From NCBI GenBank assembly GCA_964291655.2, contig OZ219802.1:576001-640000 (forward strand): a stretch of DNA of 64,000 bases. The letters run 5' to 3'. Position numbers and translations under genes: made by a program. Source of the DNA: Chloroflexota bacterium. GTDB lineage: Bacteria; Chloroflexota; UBA11872; VXOZ01. Within the stretch, counting starts at the first letter, position 1. Each line of letters opens with the position of its first letter. Below the pieces are notes generated by a model that was given only the letters and a program-made list of their open reading frames with translations, ran no database searches and was not told the DNA's origin. Positions 21,686 to 31,955 of this stretch are shown piece after piece.

Positions 21686-23389
21686 ATGAAACGGACAGGT
21701 GCAGAGATCATCTTGGATAGCTTGGTGGCACACGGCGTGCACACCGTATTTGGGTATCCCGGAGGCGCGTGCCTGCCTTTGTATGATGCCCTCTACCATT
21801 ACCAGGACAGAATCAACCACATCCTTGTGCGCCATGAGCAAGGTGCCGCCTTCGCAGCCGACGGCTATGCCCGCGCCAGTGCTGACGTCGGCGTGTGTAT
21901 CGCAACCAGCGGACCGGGTGTTACCAATCTCGTTACCGGTATCGCGGGAGCCCACATGGATTCCGTGCCTGTGGTTGCCCTCACCGGCCAGGTACCGCGC
22001 AATCTGCTCGGCACAGACGGCTTCCAGGAAACCGACGCTACCGGCGTCATGCTACCGATTACGAAGCACAACTGGCTTGTTATGAATGCCGAAGAGCTTC
22101 CCCGCGTAATGGAAGAGGCCTTCCACATTGCCAACACAGGACGCAAGGGCCCGGTGCAGGTGGACGTTCCCAAGGACGTCTTCCTGGAGGAAGTTGAGTT
22201 CGACAACTTTCCGCCGCCCAACATTCCCGGTTACAACCCGGATGAGGGCATGCAACCTGATCCAACACTTGTGCGCGAAGCAGCAGAAGTGATCCACGGA
22301 TCAGAGAAGCCAATCATCCTGGCGGGCCACGGCATACACTATTCCGGCGCCTACGATGAATTGCTGGCATTTGCCGAGAAAGCAAATATTCCCGTCATCA
22401 CGACACTCCACGGCGTCTCGTCTTTCCCGGAAAGCCATGATCTTTCGTTTGGCATGGTTGGCATGCACGGCAATATCTACGCCAACTGGGCCGTGGACCG
22501 CGCAGACCTCCTCATCTCCTTGGGTATGCGCTTCGATGACCGCGTAACAGGCCGCCTTGAGGATTTTGCGACAGAGGCGCGCATCATCCACGTGGACATC
22601 GACCCGGCGGAAATCGGCAAGAACGTGAACACAGACGTTGGCATCGTGGCTGATCTCAAGCCCACCATTCGCGCGCTCATCGATGAAATCGGCCAACTCG
22701 ACCACAGCCCTTGGGTAAAGCAGATCTGCCAGTGGCGTGAGGACCATCCCAGCCTCGCAATCCGCGAGACCGAGATCGTGCTGCCGCAGTGGGTTATTCG
22801 CCAGATCTACCACATCACTAATGGCGAGGCCGTGGTAGTCACCGACGTCGGGCAAGCGCAAATGTGGGCCGCGCAGCACTTCTGGTACGACCGGCGCAAT
22901 ACCTTCTTCTCGTCGGGCGGCCTCGGCGCAATGGGATACGCCTTCCCCGCATCAATCGGCGTCAAGTATGCACGTCCTAATGAGCAGGTCTGGTGCATTA
23001 TCGGTGACGGCGGCTTCCAGATGACGCTGCAAGACCTTGCCGTCGTCAAAGAGCACAACATCGACGTGAAGATTGCCATCATCAACAACAACCATCTCGG
23101 CATGATCCGGCAATGGCAGACCCTCTTCTACGATAGCCGCTTTATGAGCGCCAAGTTGGAAAACCCGGACTTCGTGAAGCTGGCCGAGGCTTACGGTCTG
23201 CCCGGCCTTCGCGCTTCTACGAAGAGCGACGTGGTCAAAGTGCTGAAAGAGGCGGAAAAGATCCCCGGTCCGGTGGTGCTCGATCTGGTTGTGGACGAAG
23301 TCGAGAAGGTCTACCCGATGGTGCCGGCAGGTTCGAGCCTCGCCGAGACGATCGAGGGTGACGAAGTGGAAGAGGCGAGGTACGCATGA
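21686..23389 (+). CDS. ilvB: acetolactate synthase large subunit
   Basis: FGYPGG, RHEQGA, TSGPG, RFDDRVTG, GDGGFQM, GMIRQWQ. Confidence 0.97.
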   Translation: MKRTGAEIILDSLVAHGVHTVFGYPGGACLPLYDALYHYQDRINHILVRHEQGAAFAADGYARASADVGVCIATSGPGVTNLVTGIAGAHMDSVPVVALTGQVPRNLLGTDGFQETDATGVMLPITKHNWLVMNAEELPRVMEEAFHIANTGRKGPVQVDVPKDVFLEEVEFDNFPPPNIPGYNPDEGMQPDPTLVREAAEVIHGSEKPIILAGHGIHYSGAYDELLAFAEKANIPVITTLHGVSSFPESHDLSFGMVGMHGNIYANWAVDRADLLISLGMRFDDRVTGRLEDFATEARIIHVDIDPAEIGKNVNTDVGIVADLKPTIRALIDEIGQLDHSPWVKQICQWREDHPSLAIRETEIVLPQWVIRQIYHITNGEAVVVTDVGQAQMWAAQHFWYDRRNTFFSSGGLGAMGYAFPASIGVKYARPNEQVWCIIGDGGFQMTLQDLAVVKEHNIDVKIAIINNNHLGMIRQWQTLFYDSRFMSAKLENPDFVKLAEAYGLPGLRASTKSDVVKVLKEAEKIPGPVVLDLVVDEVEKVYPMVPAGSSLAETIEGDEVEEARYA

Positions 23390-23907
23390 GACACGTCCTA
23401 ATCGCAGACGTCGAAGACCATCCCGGCGTTCTCAACCGCATAGCCAGCCTCTTCCGTAAACGTGCATACAACATCGAGAGCCTGGCCGTCGGCCACTCGC
23501 ACCGGCCGGGCATCTCGCGCATGACAATTGTCGTGGCGGAAGAACACAAAGAAGCAATTCAAGTGGCCAAGCAGCTGGACAAATTGATCGAGGTGCTTTC
23601 GGTCACCGATGTTACGGAGCACCGCCACGTTTCTCGTGAAATGGCTCTGGCCAAGATAGCCGCTCCCGAGATGAAGCGCACTGAAATCTTGCAACTTGCC
23701 AATGTCTACCGCGCCCAAGTGGTAGACGTGTCGCCCGGCAGCATCATACTCGAGATTACGGGAGACGAAGACAAGATCGACTCGTTTGTGGAGATCATTC
23801 GCCCGTACGGCATTCTTGAATTGAGCCGCACCGGGGAGGTCGCCATGGTACGAGGACGCGCTATGCCCACGCCGACAGTTGTGGCGGAAGAGGGCCCGGC
23901 GGCGTAG
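23386..23907 (+). CDS. ilvN: acetolactate synthase small (regulatory) subunit
   Basis: ACT domain PGVLNRIASLFRKRAYNIESL; ATGA overlap with ilvB. Confidence 0.96.
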   Translation: MRHVLIADVEDHPGVLNRIASLFRKRAYNIESLAVGHSHRPGISRMTIVVAEEHKEAIQVAKQLDKLIEVLSVTDVTEHRHVSREMALAKIAAPEMKRTEILQLANVYRAQVVDVSPGSIILEITGDEDKIDSFVEIIRPYGILELSRTGEVAMVRGRAMPTPTVVAEEGPAA

Positions 23908-24002
23908 CACTGGCTTAGCCTACATGTGGGCCGCCTCATAATTGCGAGGCGGCCCACTGCTTGAAGAGATCAAACAAGTATTGGGAGCGAAGAGAGGGTA
24001 CT

Positions 24003-24998
24003 GTGGTTCAGGTCTACTACGACGAAGACGCAAACATCGATCTGCTCAATGACAAGACAATTGGCATCATTGGCTACGGCAGCCAGGGGCACGCCCACGC
24101 GCTCAACCTGCGCGACAGCGGTTGCACTGTCATGGTGGGACTGTACGAAGGCAGTCGCTCGTGGTCCAAAGTAGAGAGCGACGGTCTTCAAGTTGGCACA
24201 ACTGACGAGGTGGCGCGGCAGGCCGACCTCATCATGATGCTCACGCCGGATACGGTGCAGCCCAGCCTCTATCAGGAGTCAATTGCCCCCCACTTGCGTT
24301 CCGGTCAGGTGCTCCTCTTCGCCCATGGTTTTAACATCCACTTTCAGCAAATCGTTCCCCCCGCCACTGTAGATGTGAGCATGGTTGCTCCTAAAGCCCC
24401 AGGCCACCGCATGCGCGCCACATTCGAAGAAGGCAACGGCGTGCCTGGATTGCTGGCTATCCAGCAGGATGCCAGTGGCAACGCCCGGGAAGTAACGCTG
24501 GCCTATGCCCGTGGCATTGGCTGCACCCGCGCTGGTGTGCTGAATACGACATTCAAGGAAGAGACGGAGACCGATCTCTTCGGCGAACAGACCGTCCTCT
24601 GCGGCGGTGTGAGCGCATTGGTGAAGGCGGCCTTCGAAATCCTGGTGGATGCCGGCTACCAACCGGAAGTCGCATATTTTGAGTGCATGCACGAGCTCAA
24701 GCTCATTGTGGACCTCTTCTACCAGGGCGGCCTCAACTATATGCGGTACTCGGTGAGCGAAACCGCCGAATACGGCGACTACAGCCGCGGACCCCGTGTG
24801 GTGGACGACCACGTCAAGGAGAAAATGCACGAGATCCTAAATGAGATCCAGAACGGAGAATTCGCCCGTGAGTGGATTCTTGAGAACATGGCCGGACGCC
24901 CGGCTTTCAACGCCTACCGTGAAATGGACAAGACGCACCAGATTGAAACCGTCGGCAAGAACCTGCGGGCCATGATGCCGTGGCTCGATCCCAAGTAG
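24003..24998 (+). CDS. ilvC: ketol-acid reductoisomerase
   Basis: [28 protein letters not shown]. Confidence 0.97.
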   Translation: MVQVYYDEDANIDLLNDKTIGIIGYGSQGHAHALNLRDSGCTVMVGLYEGSRSWSKVESDGLQVGTTDEVARQADLIMMLTPDTVQPSLYQESIAPHLRSGQVLLFAHGFNIHFQQIVPPATVDVSMVAPKAPGHRMRATFEEGNGVPGLLAIQQDASGNAREVTLAYARGIGCTRAGVLNTTFKEETETDLFGEQTVLCGGVSALVKAAFEILVDAGYQPEVAYFECMHELKLIVDLFYQGGLNYMRYSVSETAEYGDYSRGPRVVDDHVKEKMHEILNEIQNGEFAREWILENMAGRPAFNAYREMDKTHQIETVGKNLRAMMPWLDPK

Positions 24999-25219
24999 GT
25001 ACCTTCGAGGATACGCATTCAATGGGAATCCCGCTGTATCCATCAGTCTTCCCTCTGCCATCTCTAATCAAAAAGGAGCGTGGTCTCAGGCCCACCCGGC
25101 GCCAAGGCATAGCTGCCCTGGTAAGCTGGCGGGCCTGCTCACTTGCCACACCCGCCGCCTCGCATCGACGTGCTTTTGGCACACTGTGTACTTTCGTGAA
25201 TTAGAGGACTTTATCCAGC

Positions 25220-26785
25220 ATGCGAACACTACAGATATTCGATACTACGCTGCGTGATGGTGAGCAAGCAGCGGGTGGGTCTTTGACGGTAGATGAAAAG
25301 CTGTACCTCGGCCAGCAACTGGAACGACTCGGCGTAGACATTCTTGAGGCCGGCTTTCCCCGCACTTCTCCCGGCGATTTCCAGGCCGTGCAACTCTTGG
25401 CAAAGAAACTGCGTGACGTCCAGATTTGCGCGCTTTCCGGCTTTAAGCCGGACCAGGTCGAGGCCGCTTGGGGCGCTATCAAAGAAGGTGAAGCACCCCG
25501 CATCCATGTCTTCATCTCATCGAGCGATATCCACCTGGAACGACAATTGCGAATGACTCGCCAGGAAGTCAGAGAGGCAGCAATCGCGTGCGTCGAACAG
25601 GCGGTGGGATATTGCTCCAATGTCGAGTTCTCGGCGATGGATGCCACGCGCAGCGATTGGGACTACTTATGTCAGCTATTTGGCGATGCTATTGCAGCAG
25701 GGGCCAAGGTCGTAAACGTGCCCGATACGATGGGATACACCCAGCCGGATGAATTCGCTGAACTCCTGCAGTACCTGCGAGCGAACACACCCGGTATCGA
25801 CAACGTAACAATCTCCGTCCATTGCCATAACGACCTCGGACAGGCCAACTCCAATTCGCTGATCGCCATCATCAACGGCGTGGATCAAATCGAATGCACG
25901 ATCAATGGCGTTGGGGAACGCGCCGGAAATGCATCTCTTGAAGAGGTAGTGATGAATACCACCGTGCGCAAAGACTTTTTCAAAGTAACGCACGGCATCA
26001 ACACAGAGGAAATCTACCGCACGAGCCGGATGGTGAGCGACTTGATGAACATGCCGGTGCAGCCTAACAAGGCTGTCGTGGGCGCAAACGCATTCGCGCA
26101 CTCTTCCGGCCTGCATCAGGACGGCATGCTGAAGGACCGGCAAACGTATGAGATTATGACACCCCAGAGTGTGGGCATGGGCAGTAGCCGGATCGTCCTC
26201 GGCAAGACCAGCGGTCGGCACGCCTTCCGCGACCAGCTTGCGAAGATGGGCTATCACCTCAGTGAAGAGGAGTTTCAGGAAGCCTTTGATCGCTTCAAGG
26301 ACCTGGCCGACAAGCGCCGCAACGTCACGGAGCGAGACATCGAGGCGCTGCTCTCAAGCGATGTGCTCCACGCCAAAGAGTACTTTCACCTTGATCACAT
26401 TCAGGTGAGTTGCGGCGATAAGAGCATCCCGACCGCTACCGTACGCATCATCGATGAAGAGGACCGTGTCTTGGAAGATGCGGCATTGGGCGATGGACCG
26501 GTGGATGCGGTCTGCAAGGCCATCAATCGCATCGTCAACGTACCGGCTGAACTCACTGAATTCCGTGTTCAGGCCGTTACCGAAGGTATCGATGCGCAAG
26601 GTGAGGTGAGCATTCGTCTTGAGAGTGAGGGTGTGTCTGTGACCGGCTACGGCGCTGATACGGACATCATTGTCGCCAGCGCCAAGGCATACATGAATGC
26701 CCTCAACAAGCATATCTCTGCGCAAAGTGTCGCTGAAGCGCAGGCAGACGCGACGCCGGTGGCTGCTGCCGGGTCACACTCGTAA
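25220..26785 (+). CDS. leuA: 2-isopropylmalate synthase
   Basis: DTTLRDGEQ, HCHNDLG, GERAGN; C-terminal allosteric domain GDGPVDA. Confidence 0.96.
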   Translation: MRTLQIFDTTLRDGEQAAGGSLTVDEKLYLGQQLERLGVDILEAGFPRTSPGDFQAVQLLAKKLRDVQICALSGFKPDQVEAAWGAIKEGEAPRIHVFISSSDIHLERQLRMTRQEVREAAIACVEQAVGYCSNVEFSAMDATRSDWDYLCQLFGDAIAAGAKVVNVPDTMGYTQPDEFAELLQYLRANTPGIDNVTISVHCHNDLGQANSNSLIAIINGVDQIECTINGVGERAGNASLEEVVMNTTVRKDFFKVTHGINTEEIYRTSRMVSDLMNMPVQPNKAVVGANAFAHSSGLHQDGMLKDRQTYEIMTPQSVGMGSSRIVLGKTSGRHAFRDQLAKMGYHLSEEEFQEAFDRFKDLADKRRNVTERDIEALLSSDVLHAKEYFHLDHIQVSCGDKSIPTATVRIIDEEDRVLEDAALGDGPVDAVCKAINRIVNVPAELTEFRVQAVTEGIDAQGEVSIRLESEGVSVTGYGADTDIIVASAKAYMNALNKHISAQSVAEAQADATPVAAAGSHS

Positions 26786-26840
26786 GCCAAACTTTCGTTT
26801 GAGCGACCAACGAAGCATCGCCACATAGCTCTACAGCCAA

Positions 26841-26885
26841 AGCGGAGGCGGGTCAAATGGATCCCGCCTCCGCTCTTTCTCTTTC
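26841..26885 (+). terminator. intrinsic terminator after leuA
   Basis: 12-bp perfect inverted repeat AGCGGAGGCGGG/CCCGCCTCCGCT plus a pyrimidine tail. Confidence 0.8.
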
Positions 26886-27044
26886 AGATATCTTTTTGGT
26901 AATGAGTAGCTTTAGGCTTCGGTTGGAAAGAAGTAAGACGTGTGATCGTCTGCAGGTCTGAGCCACCTACCAACTGTCATTCTTGTAAGTGTTAGGTAAT
27001 TCGTTGATAGAATTCGCTTTCCCGTAGAAAGCGCTACAAGGCCC

Positions 27045-27311
27045 TGTCATTCCGAGCGTAGCGAGGAATCTAGGGTCCCTGCTCAACGCACTTCCACGGC
27101 CTCAGCACTCTAGATTCCTCACTCCGCTACGCTCCGTTCGGAATGACATGTATGTAGGCAAGCACAGAGTTCTGCTCCCATGTTTCTTCTACCTAATCTG
27201 TCAACGTATTACCTGACATTTACAATTCTGAGGAGCGCAGCGACGAAGAGTCTAGAATCGGGCGCTCTTCGTGTTTCCGCGAACCCTGTTCGACGCTGCG
27301 TTCGGAATGAC
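27045..27311. repeat. two REP-like palindromic elements (GTCATTCCGAGCG.AGCGAGGAATCT family)
   Basis: TGTCATTCCGAGCGTAGCGAGGAATCTAG...CTAGATTCCTC...TTCGGAATGACA at 27045-27148; degenerate copy at 27225-27311. Confidence 0.8.
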
Positions 27312-27430
27312 GCGAATGAGCCTGCAAAGTCTACAAGTCTATATCTACAAAATCCGATCAATTCTTGACCGTGTCTGCGTGCGGCGATTTGTTGTCACAT
27401 CATGAATCATGCGCGCGACGATCTAAAGTG

Positions 27431-28102
27431 CTATGTGCCGTCTGGCCCGCGCCCCCGGCGAATTTCGATGCGTACGTCTCCCGGCTTCTCCACTCCTTTG
27501 AGCGCGGACAGCATACCTTGGATGCCGCCGGATATTACCGCGCTGGCAAAGGCATTAATCGGGACCTCCTCACCATCGACCGTGAGCCGAATCGCGTCGC
27601 GTTCCGGGTCCGGGCACGCATAGCGCTCGACCAGGAATGCCGCTAATCCATGCGAGTCGTTAGACCGGTACGTAGGAATAGAGAGTGTCATTTCGCCGTC
27701 GCTCACGACGGCCACAAGTTGCTCTTCCGCAAGCAGCAGATCCGGCCCTAGATCGCTACGGTGCACCTCTATCTTTGGGTTTTTCGACCGCTTGTAGCCT
27801 TCAACCAATACGAAGTCATACCCCAACATTGGCAGCAATCCCACGAGCTGTGGGAGTGAAGCGTCATGAGACACTTTGCAGAAAATGACGGCGTCCCCAG
27901 GCCCGCTAAGCACCACCGTTTCTGCGCCAGAATGTGCCAGGCGCCAGGAGTCGCTGCCCTCTCGGTCCAACGTAAAGCCATGCGCGGCATGTTTAATCAC
28001 CGCGACCCGCCGTCCACGCTCCTGCAGGCACGGGATGAGTTTTTCCAGGAGCGTCGTCTTCCCCGCATTATGCTTTCCGACTATGCAAACCACGGGGATC
28101 AC
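27431..28102 (-). CDS. mobB: molybdopterin-guanine dinucleotide biosynthesis protein MobB with C-terminal extension
   Basis: GKHNAGKTT, VIKH, GSDSWR, LVEGYK..PKIEV. Confidence 0.93.
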   Translation of the reverse strand: MIPVVCIVGKHNAGKTTLLEKLIPCLQERGRRVAVIKHAAHGFTLDREGSDSWRLAHSGAETVVLSGPGDAVIFCKVSHDASLPQLVGLLPMLGYDFVLVEGYKRSKNPKIEVHRSDLGPDLLLAEEQLVAVVSDGEMTLSIPTYRSNDSHGLAAFLVERYACPDPERDAIRLTVDGEEVPINAFASAVISGGIQGMLSALKGVEKPGDVRIEIRRGRGPDGT

Positions 28103-28273
28103 GACACGGACTCCCTAGCTCGTTGCCTGCGCCGGTCTGCCTCTGCATCCGGCAGCGTCACGATGGAAAGAGCAAAGCCAAGCAAGAATGCCTTGGTCGC
28201 TATACCCAAGCAAGTCATGCGACTCCTGTTTCCTAAATGGGTGTGGGTGAAGTTGTCAGCGGAGCAACGTTTA

Positions 28274-28438
28274 TGGTTCGACAAGCCTGTACTGAGCTTG
28301 TCGAAGTGCTCACCACGAAGGGAAGAAACGAGAATTCGTCAGTAGAATTTCGTTAATAAAGTCGGTGTTCGTTCATCCTGAGCCTACCTGTCATGGGTAT
28401 GCCTGTCGTGAGCATGTCGCAGGACGGAAGGATGAACG
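28274..28438. repeat. nested REP-like palindromes (GTTCGACAAGCTCACC / CGTTCATCCTGAGC..GAAGGATGAACG family)
   Basis: units at 28274-28321 and 28370-28438, each with inverted ends and an internal related copy. Confidence 0.7.
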
Positions 28439-28459
28439 GATACCCTCTTCACGTACGCT

Positions 28460-29567
28460 CTAGGTTTTTCCTCGCGCTCCCTGCCGGCGATTCTCAGCTT
28501 GCTGCCTGAGAAAGGCCTCAACGAAGTCATCGATAGCGCCATCCATCACAGCGCGCGTATTCCCGGTTTCAACTCCGGTGCGGAGGTCTTTGACCATGGT
28601 GTAGGGATGCAACACATACGAACGAATTTGGTTGCCCCATTCAGCGCTGGTATGCTCACCCTTGAGAGCCGCCTGTTCGGCCTGCTGCTCTTGCAGCTTC
28701 CGCTCCAAAAGGCGTGCGCGCAGAATGCGCATGGCTGCCTCGCGGTTTTGCAGTTGCGAGCGTTCATTTTGGCACGAGACGACAATGCCGCTGGGCGCAT
28801 GTGTAATGCGCACCGCCGAGTTGGTCTTGTTTACATGCTGCCCGCCCGCCCCACTGGCGCGAAACGTATCGAGACGCACGTCGTCGGGGTTGATCTCAAC
28901 CGTGACGTCATCATCGATCACGGGAAGCGCCTCTACGAGTGCGAAAGACGTGTGCCGGCGGTGGTTGGCATCAAACGGCGACAGTCGCACAAGACGGTGC
29001 ACGCCGTGCTCGGACTTAAGCCGGCCGTAGGCAAATGGCCCGCTCACCTGCAACGTCACGCTCTTGATGCCGGCCTCTTCACCGGGGGTGCTATCCAAAA
29101 TCTCCGGCCTGTGCTCGTGCGTCTCCGCCCAGCGGATGTACATGCGGAGGAGCATCTCGACCCAGTCCTGCGAATCAGTTCCGCCTGCGCCCGCATGCAA
29201 GGAAAGGAGCGCGTCACGCTCATCGTACGTGCCTTGAAAGAGCGTCTGTATCTCGCGCTTCTCGCCATCGGCTTCCAGCCGGCCCACCTCGGAGTCAAGC
29301 TCTGTTTCGAGCGCTGGATCGTCGAGCGCGGCAAACTCCTGCAACGCCTCGACTTCCGCGAAGAACCCATTCCAATCATCCGCCATGCGGCGCACCGCCG
29401 CGAGCCGCTGCATCACGCGCTGTGCGTCTACCGGTGTATTCCATAGTCCCGGGTCAAGCGATTGTTCCTCCAGTTCGGCAATCTCTACGTCCCACGCCGC
29501 CAGGTCAAAGGCGCCTCCGAAGTTCGTCTGCACGAGCGCTTAGTGCGGCTATTCTCTCATTGATCAT
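28460..29567 (-). CDS. prfB: peptide chain release factor 2, translated through a programmed +1 frameshift
   Basis: SPF and GGQ motifs; upstream frame MINERIAALSARADELRRRL ends in CGG AGG CGC CTT TGA C (slip site 29510-29504 with internal GGAGG). Confidence 0.97.
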
Positions 29568-30000
29568 GTTCTTCGCTCTCTCGAGGTTTTCCTCACGGTG
29601 CTAAGACAGAGTTTTCACGTTATGTCGAGATACAATATTGGGAGCCACAACCGTTTATTCGCTCTCACACCTCAACGGAGTAGAACCGTGAGCCCCTGCA
29701 CTGCCTGCAACCAAGGTTGCCGAGTCGCGCGAAGTCGTTGTAGCTTGCCTAGTGCCCGTTGATTAAATCACAGGCACTAGAGTCGGTCAAACACTTCACA
29801 GACTCTGGCGCTGCAAAGATTGGCGCAAGCAAGTGACAACATACTGAGGCAGACCAAATTCAGGCTCTCGACCTCGTGTAACCTGCGGTGGCAAATGTCA
29901 TCACCTTACGGTATGCTGATATCTACCGTGCGGCCGGCCTCGCCGCACGCCTACAATAGGCTTGAGCAAGAACCCACACCTGCTGCTGAGGAAAGCGCAC

Positions 30001-30309
30001 ATGAAACAGGTGCTCCACATTATCGACGACAAGGACAACACCGCAATCGCACTGGCTGACCTTACCCCAGGCGCCAAGGTCTCTTTCACAGGACCGGACG
30101 GCGCGCAGGAAGTCACGATTCTCGACGACATTCCCTTCGGTCACAAGGTTGCCGTGAAAGCCATCGGCAATGGCGAACACGTCATCAAATACGGCGAATC
30201 GATTGGGGCTGCCACGCAGGATATTGCGCCTGGCAATCACGTGCACACGCAGAACTTAGAGAGCCTGCGCGGGCGGGGTGACCTCGTCGGCGCCGACCAA
30301 TCCTCCTAG
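30001..30309 (+). CDS. UxaA/SuyA-type SAF-domain dehydratase small subunit
   Basis: DNTAIAL, IPFGHKVA, VIKYGE.IG, GNHVHTQN. Confidence 0.9.
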   Translation: MKQVLHIIDDKDNTAIALADLTPGAKVSFTGPDGAQEVTILDDIPFGHKVAVKAIGNGEHVIKYGESIGAATQDIAPGNHVHTQNLESLRGRGDLVGADQSS

Positions 30310-30328
30310 CCCTGCCGCTGCCACTGTC

Positions 30329-31030
30329 ATGCCTGCACAGAAGTCCGCAAGCCCGCCAAAGCGCAAGCGAGGCAGGGAATCAAAGCGCGCTCTCCGCGAG
30401 CGTCTAGGACAGATCGTCTCTTGCCTCCGCGCAACCTATCCTGAAGCCGAATGCGCTCTTGAATATCGTAGCGTGTGGGAACTATTGGTTGCCACCATCC
30501 TCTCCGCGCAGTGCACGGACAAGCGCGTAAACATGGTCACTCCGGCCCTCTTTGAGCGCTTTCCAACAGTGGAAGCCTTTGCAGCGGCGCCGCGTGAAGA
30601 GCTGGAAACAGCCATCAGGACAACCGGCTTCTTTCGCAATAAAGCCAAGAATATTCAGGGCGCCGCGCACGTGCTGCTGGAGAGATTCGGGGGCGCTGTG
30701 CCTAACACGATGGCGGAACTCCTCGAGTTGCCCGGCGTAGCGCGGAAGACCGCCAATGTTGTGCTCGGCGTGGCTTTTCAGGTTGCCGACGGGGTTGTAG
30801 TCGACACCCACGTTTCGCGCCTCTCTCAGCGCCTGCGGCTGACCCGCGAAAAAGAGCCCACCAAGATCGAGCGAGATCTCATGCAGATTGTGCCTCAGTC
30901 TGATTGGATAGACATTGGACACCTGCTAATTCACCACGGCCGGGCGCTCTGCACCGCTCGCAAGCCTGCCTGTGGCGAATGCCCGTTACAGGACCTTTGC
31001 CCAAGCGCGGCACTCTATCTCAACGGTTAG
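30329..31030 (+). CDS. nth: endonuclease III
   Basis: LSAQCTD, LPGVARKTANVV (HhH), VVDTH, C-X6-C-X2-C-X5-C cluster. Confidence 0.96.
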   Translation: MPAQKSASPPKRKRGRESKRALRERLGQIVSCLRATYPEAECALEYRSVWELLVATILSAQCTDKRVNMVTPALFERFPTVEAFAAAPREELETAIRTTGFFRNKAKNIQGAAHVLLERFGGAVPNTMAELLELPGVARKTANVVLGVAFQVADGVVVDTHVSRLSQRLRLTREKEPTKIERDLMQIVPQSDWIDIGHLLIHHGRALCTARKPACGECPLQDLCPSAALYLNG

Positions 31031-31132
31031 ATCGGATCCGGCAGTCCTCTACCCCACATTTGCAGGCCAGGCGGAATCTATAGCATCTAGGCACACACAA
31101 TAATTAGGTGCCAGTTTTAGATGCTTGTCCAG

Positions 31133-31465
31133 CTACTCTTTCTCCACACAACAGGGACAACCTTCGCGCAATCCATCGAAAGTGTAAATGCCCGTGTTGT
31201 GGCCGTCTTCCCAGTGCATCCGGACCGCATAGCTCCCCACTTGCTCAATTGACTCCAGGAACGTCTGAGCTGCCGTCAGAATTATGCCGGCATGCATCGA
31301 CCCGGGAATGTCCATTTCACCGGCGCAAAGAGCACATGGACACGAGCGGCGCAAGTCCTCCCAATCGTAGCGGCTAATGTGCCCATCTCGCCACTCGACC
31401 CTGAGTTCGCGGCTGTCCTCGCCGCGTGATATCATCGCGGGCGTTCGTGCCCGAATGTCCCTCAT
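31133..31465 (-). CDS. DUF971 (GBBH-like N-terminal domain) protein
   Basis: W.DGH, LR..CPCA.C, VGSYA...W.DGHNTGIY. Confidence 0.9.
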   Translation of the reverse strand: MRDIRARTPAMISRGEDSRELRVEWRDGHISRYDWEDLRRSCPCALCAGEMDIPGSMHAGIILTAAQTFLESIEQVGSYAVRMHWEDGHNTGIYTFDGLREGCPCCVEKE

Positions 31466-31617
31466 ATCTTGCTCCGCATGTGAATTCTTCCGTTACTACG
31501 TGTTACGTCCTGCGCTGAATAGTCCGAAAGGCACCTGGCCCCGGACTGCCACGTATGGATTGGCACGGCGCTTTGAGAAGTCAACCGCACCCAATCGCGC
31601 TCTCGCCAGGCAATCAA

Positions 31618-31648
31618 GAACGCACCCCGACGTTGTCGGGGTGCGTTC
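31618..31648 (-). terminator. 14-bp hairpin, probable terminator of the small-ORF transcript
   Basis: perfect inverted repeat GAACGCACCCCGAC/GTCGGGGTGCGTTC; followed by TTGATT on the minus strand. Confidence 0.7.
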
Positions 31649-31649
31649 A

Positions 31650-31833
31650 CTTCCATTGCTGGGTCGGGCAGTAATTCCGCCTATTCATCGCCCTAACCTC
31701 GGGCACTGGCTCGAGGTTGGCTCGCTCACATCAGCGCGTCGCCGAAACTACCCGTCAAGAGGCGGAACCCAACGCCCTGTTTTGTGGCCCCCCACCCGCA
31801 TCAGTCGTAGTTTTCAATCCCGCGGATGGAGGG
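31650..31833 (-). ncRNA. candidate structured RNA domain of unknown family
   Basis: several helices of 7-12 bp that need G-U pairs available only on the minus strand. Confidence 0.45.
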
Positions 31834-31902
31834 TTACCTGTCCACTTGCCAAACACAATACAGCACTCTCGGATTATCGAGCGGCAAGCGCATTCCTTTC
31901 AT
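31834..31902 (-). CDS. 22-aa small protein MKGMRLPLDNPRVLYCVWQVDR
   Basis: AAAGGAGGGAGGTGA directly upstream of ATG; own promoter; below the ORF-track cutoff. Confidence 0.65.
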   Translation of the reverse strand: MKGMRLPLDNPRVLYCVWQVDR

Positions 31903-31955
31903 GGCTCACCTCCCTCCTTTCGTGCAGTACCGAGGGTTCACACCCTCCTTAGTTC

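Noticed and set aside
26970-28440. CRISPR array
   Set aside because: Repeats are palindromic, degenerate and irregularly spaced, with no unique spacers and no cas genes
28499-29446. 315-aa plus-strand ORF
   Set aside because: Antisense shadow of prfB with no motifs; the same applies to most overlapping ORFs in the track
29759-29771. FNR-like box TTGAT..ATCAC
   Set aside because: Spacer is 3 nt rather than 4, and it coincides with a predicted -10 element
31618-31950. RNase P, tmRNA, SRP RNA, or pistol/hammerhead ribozyme
   Set aside because: Lacks GAGGAAAGUCC, tRNA-like ends, the SRP GGAA/AGCAG motif and complete ribozyme cores
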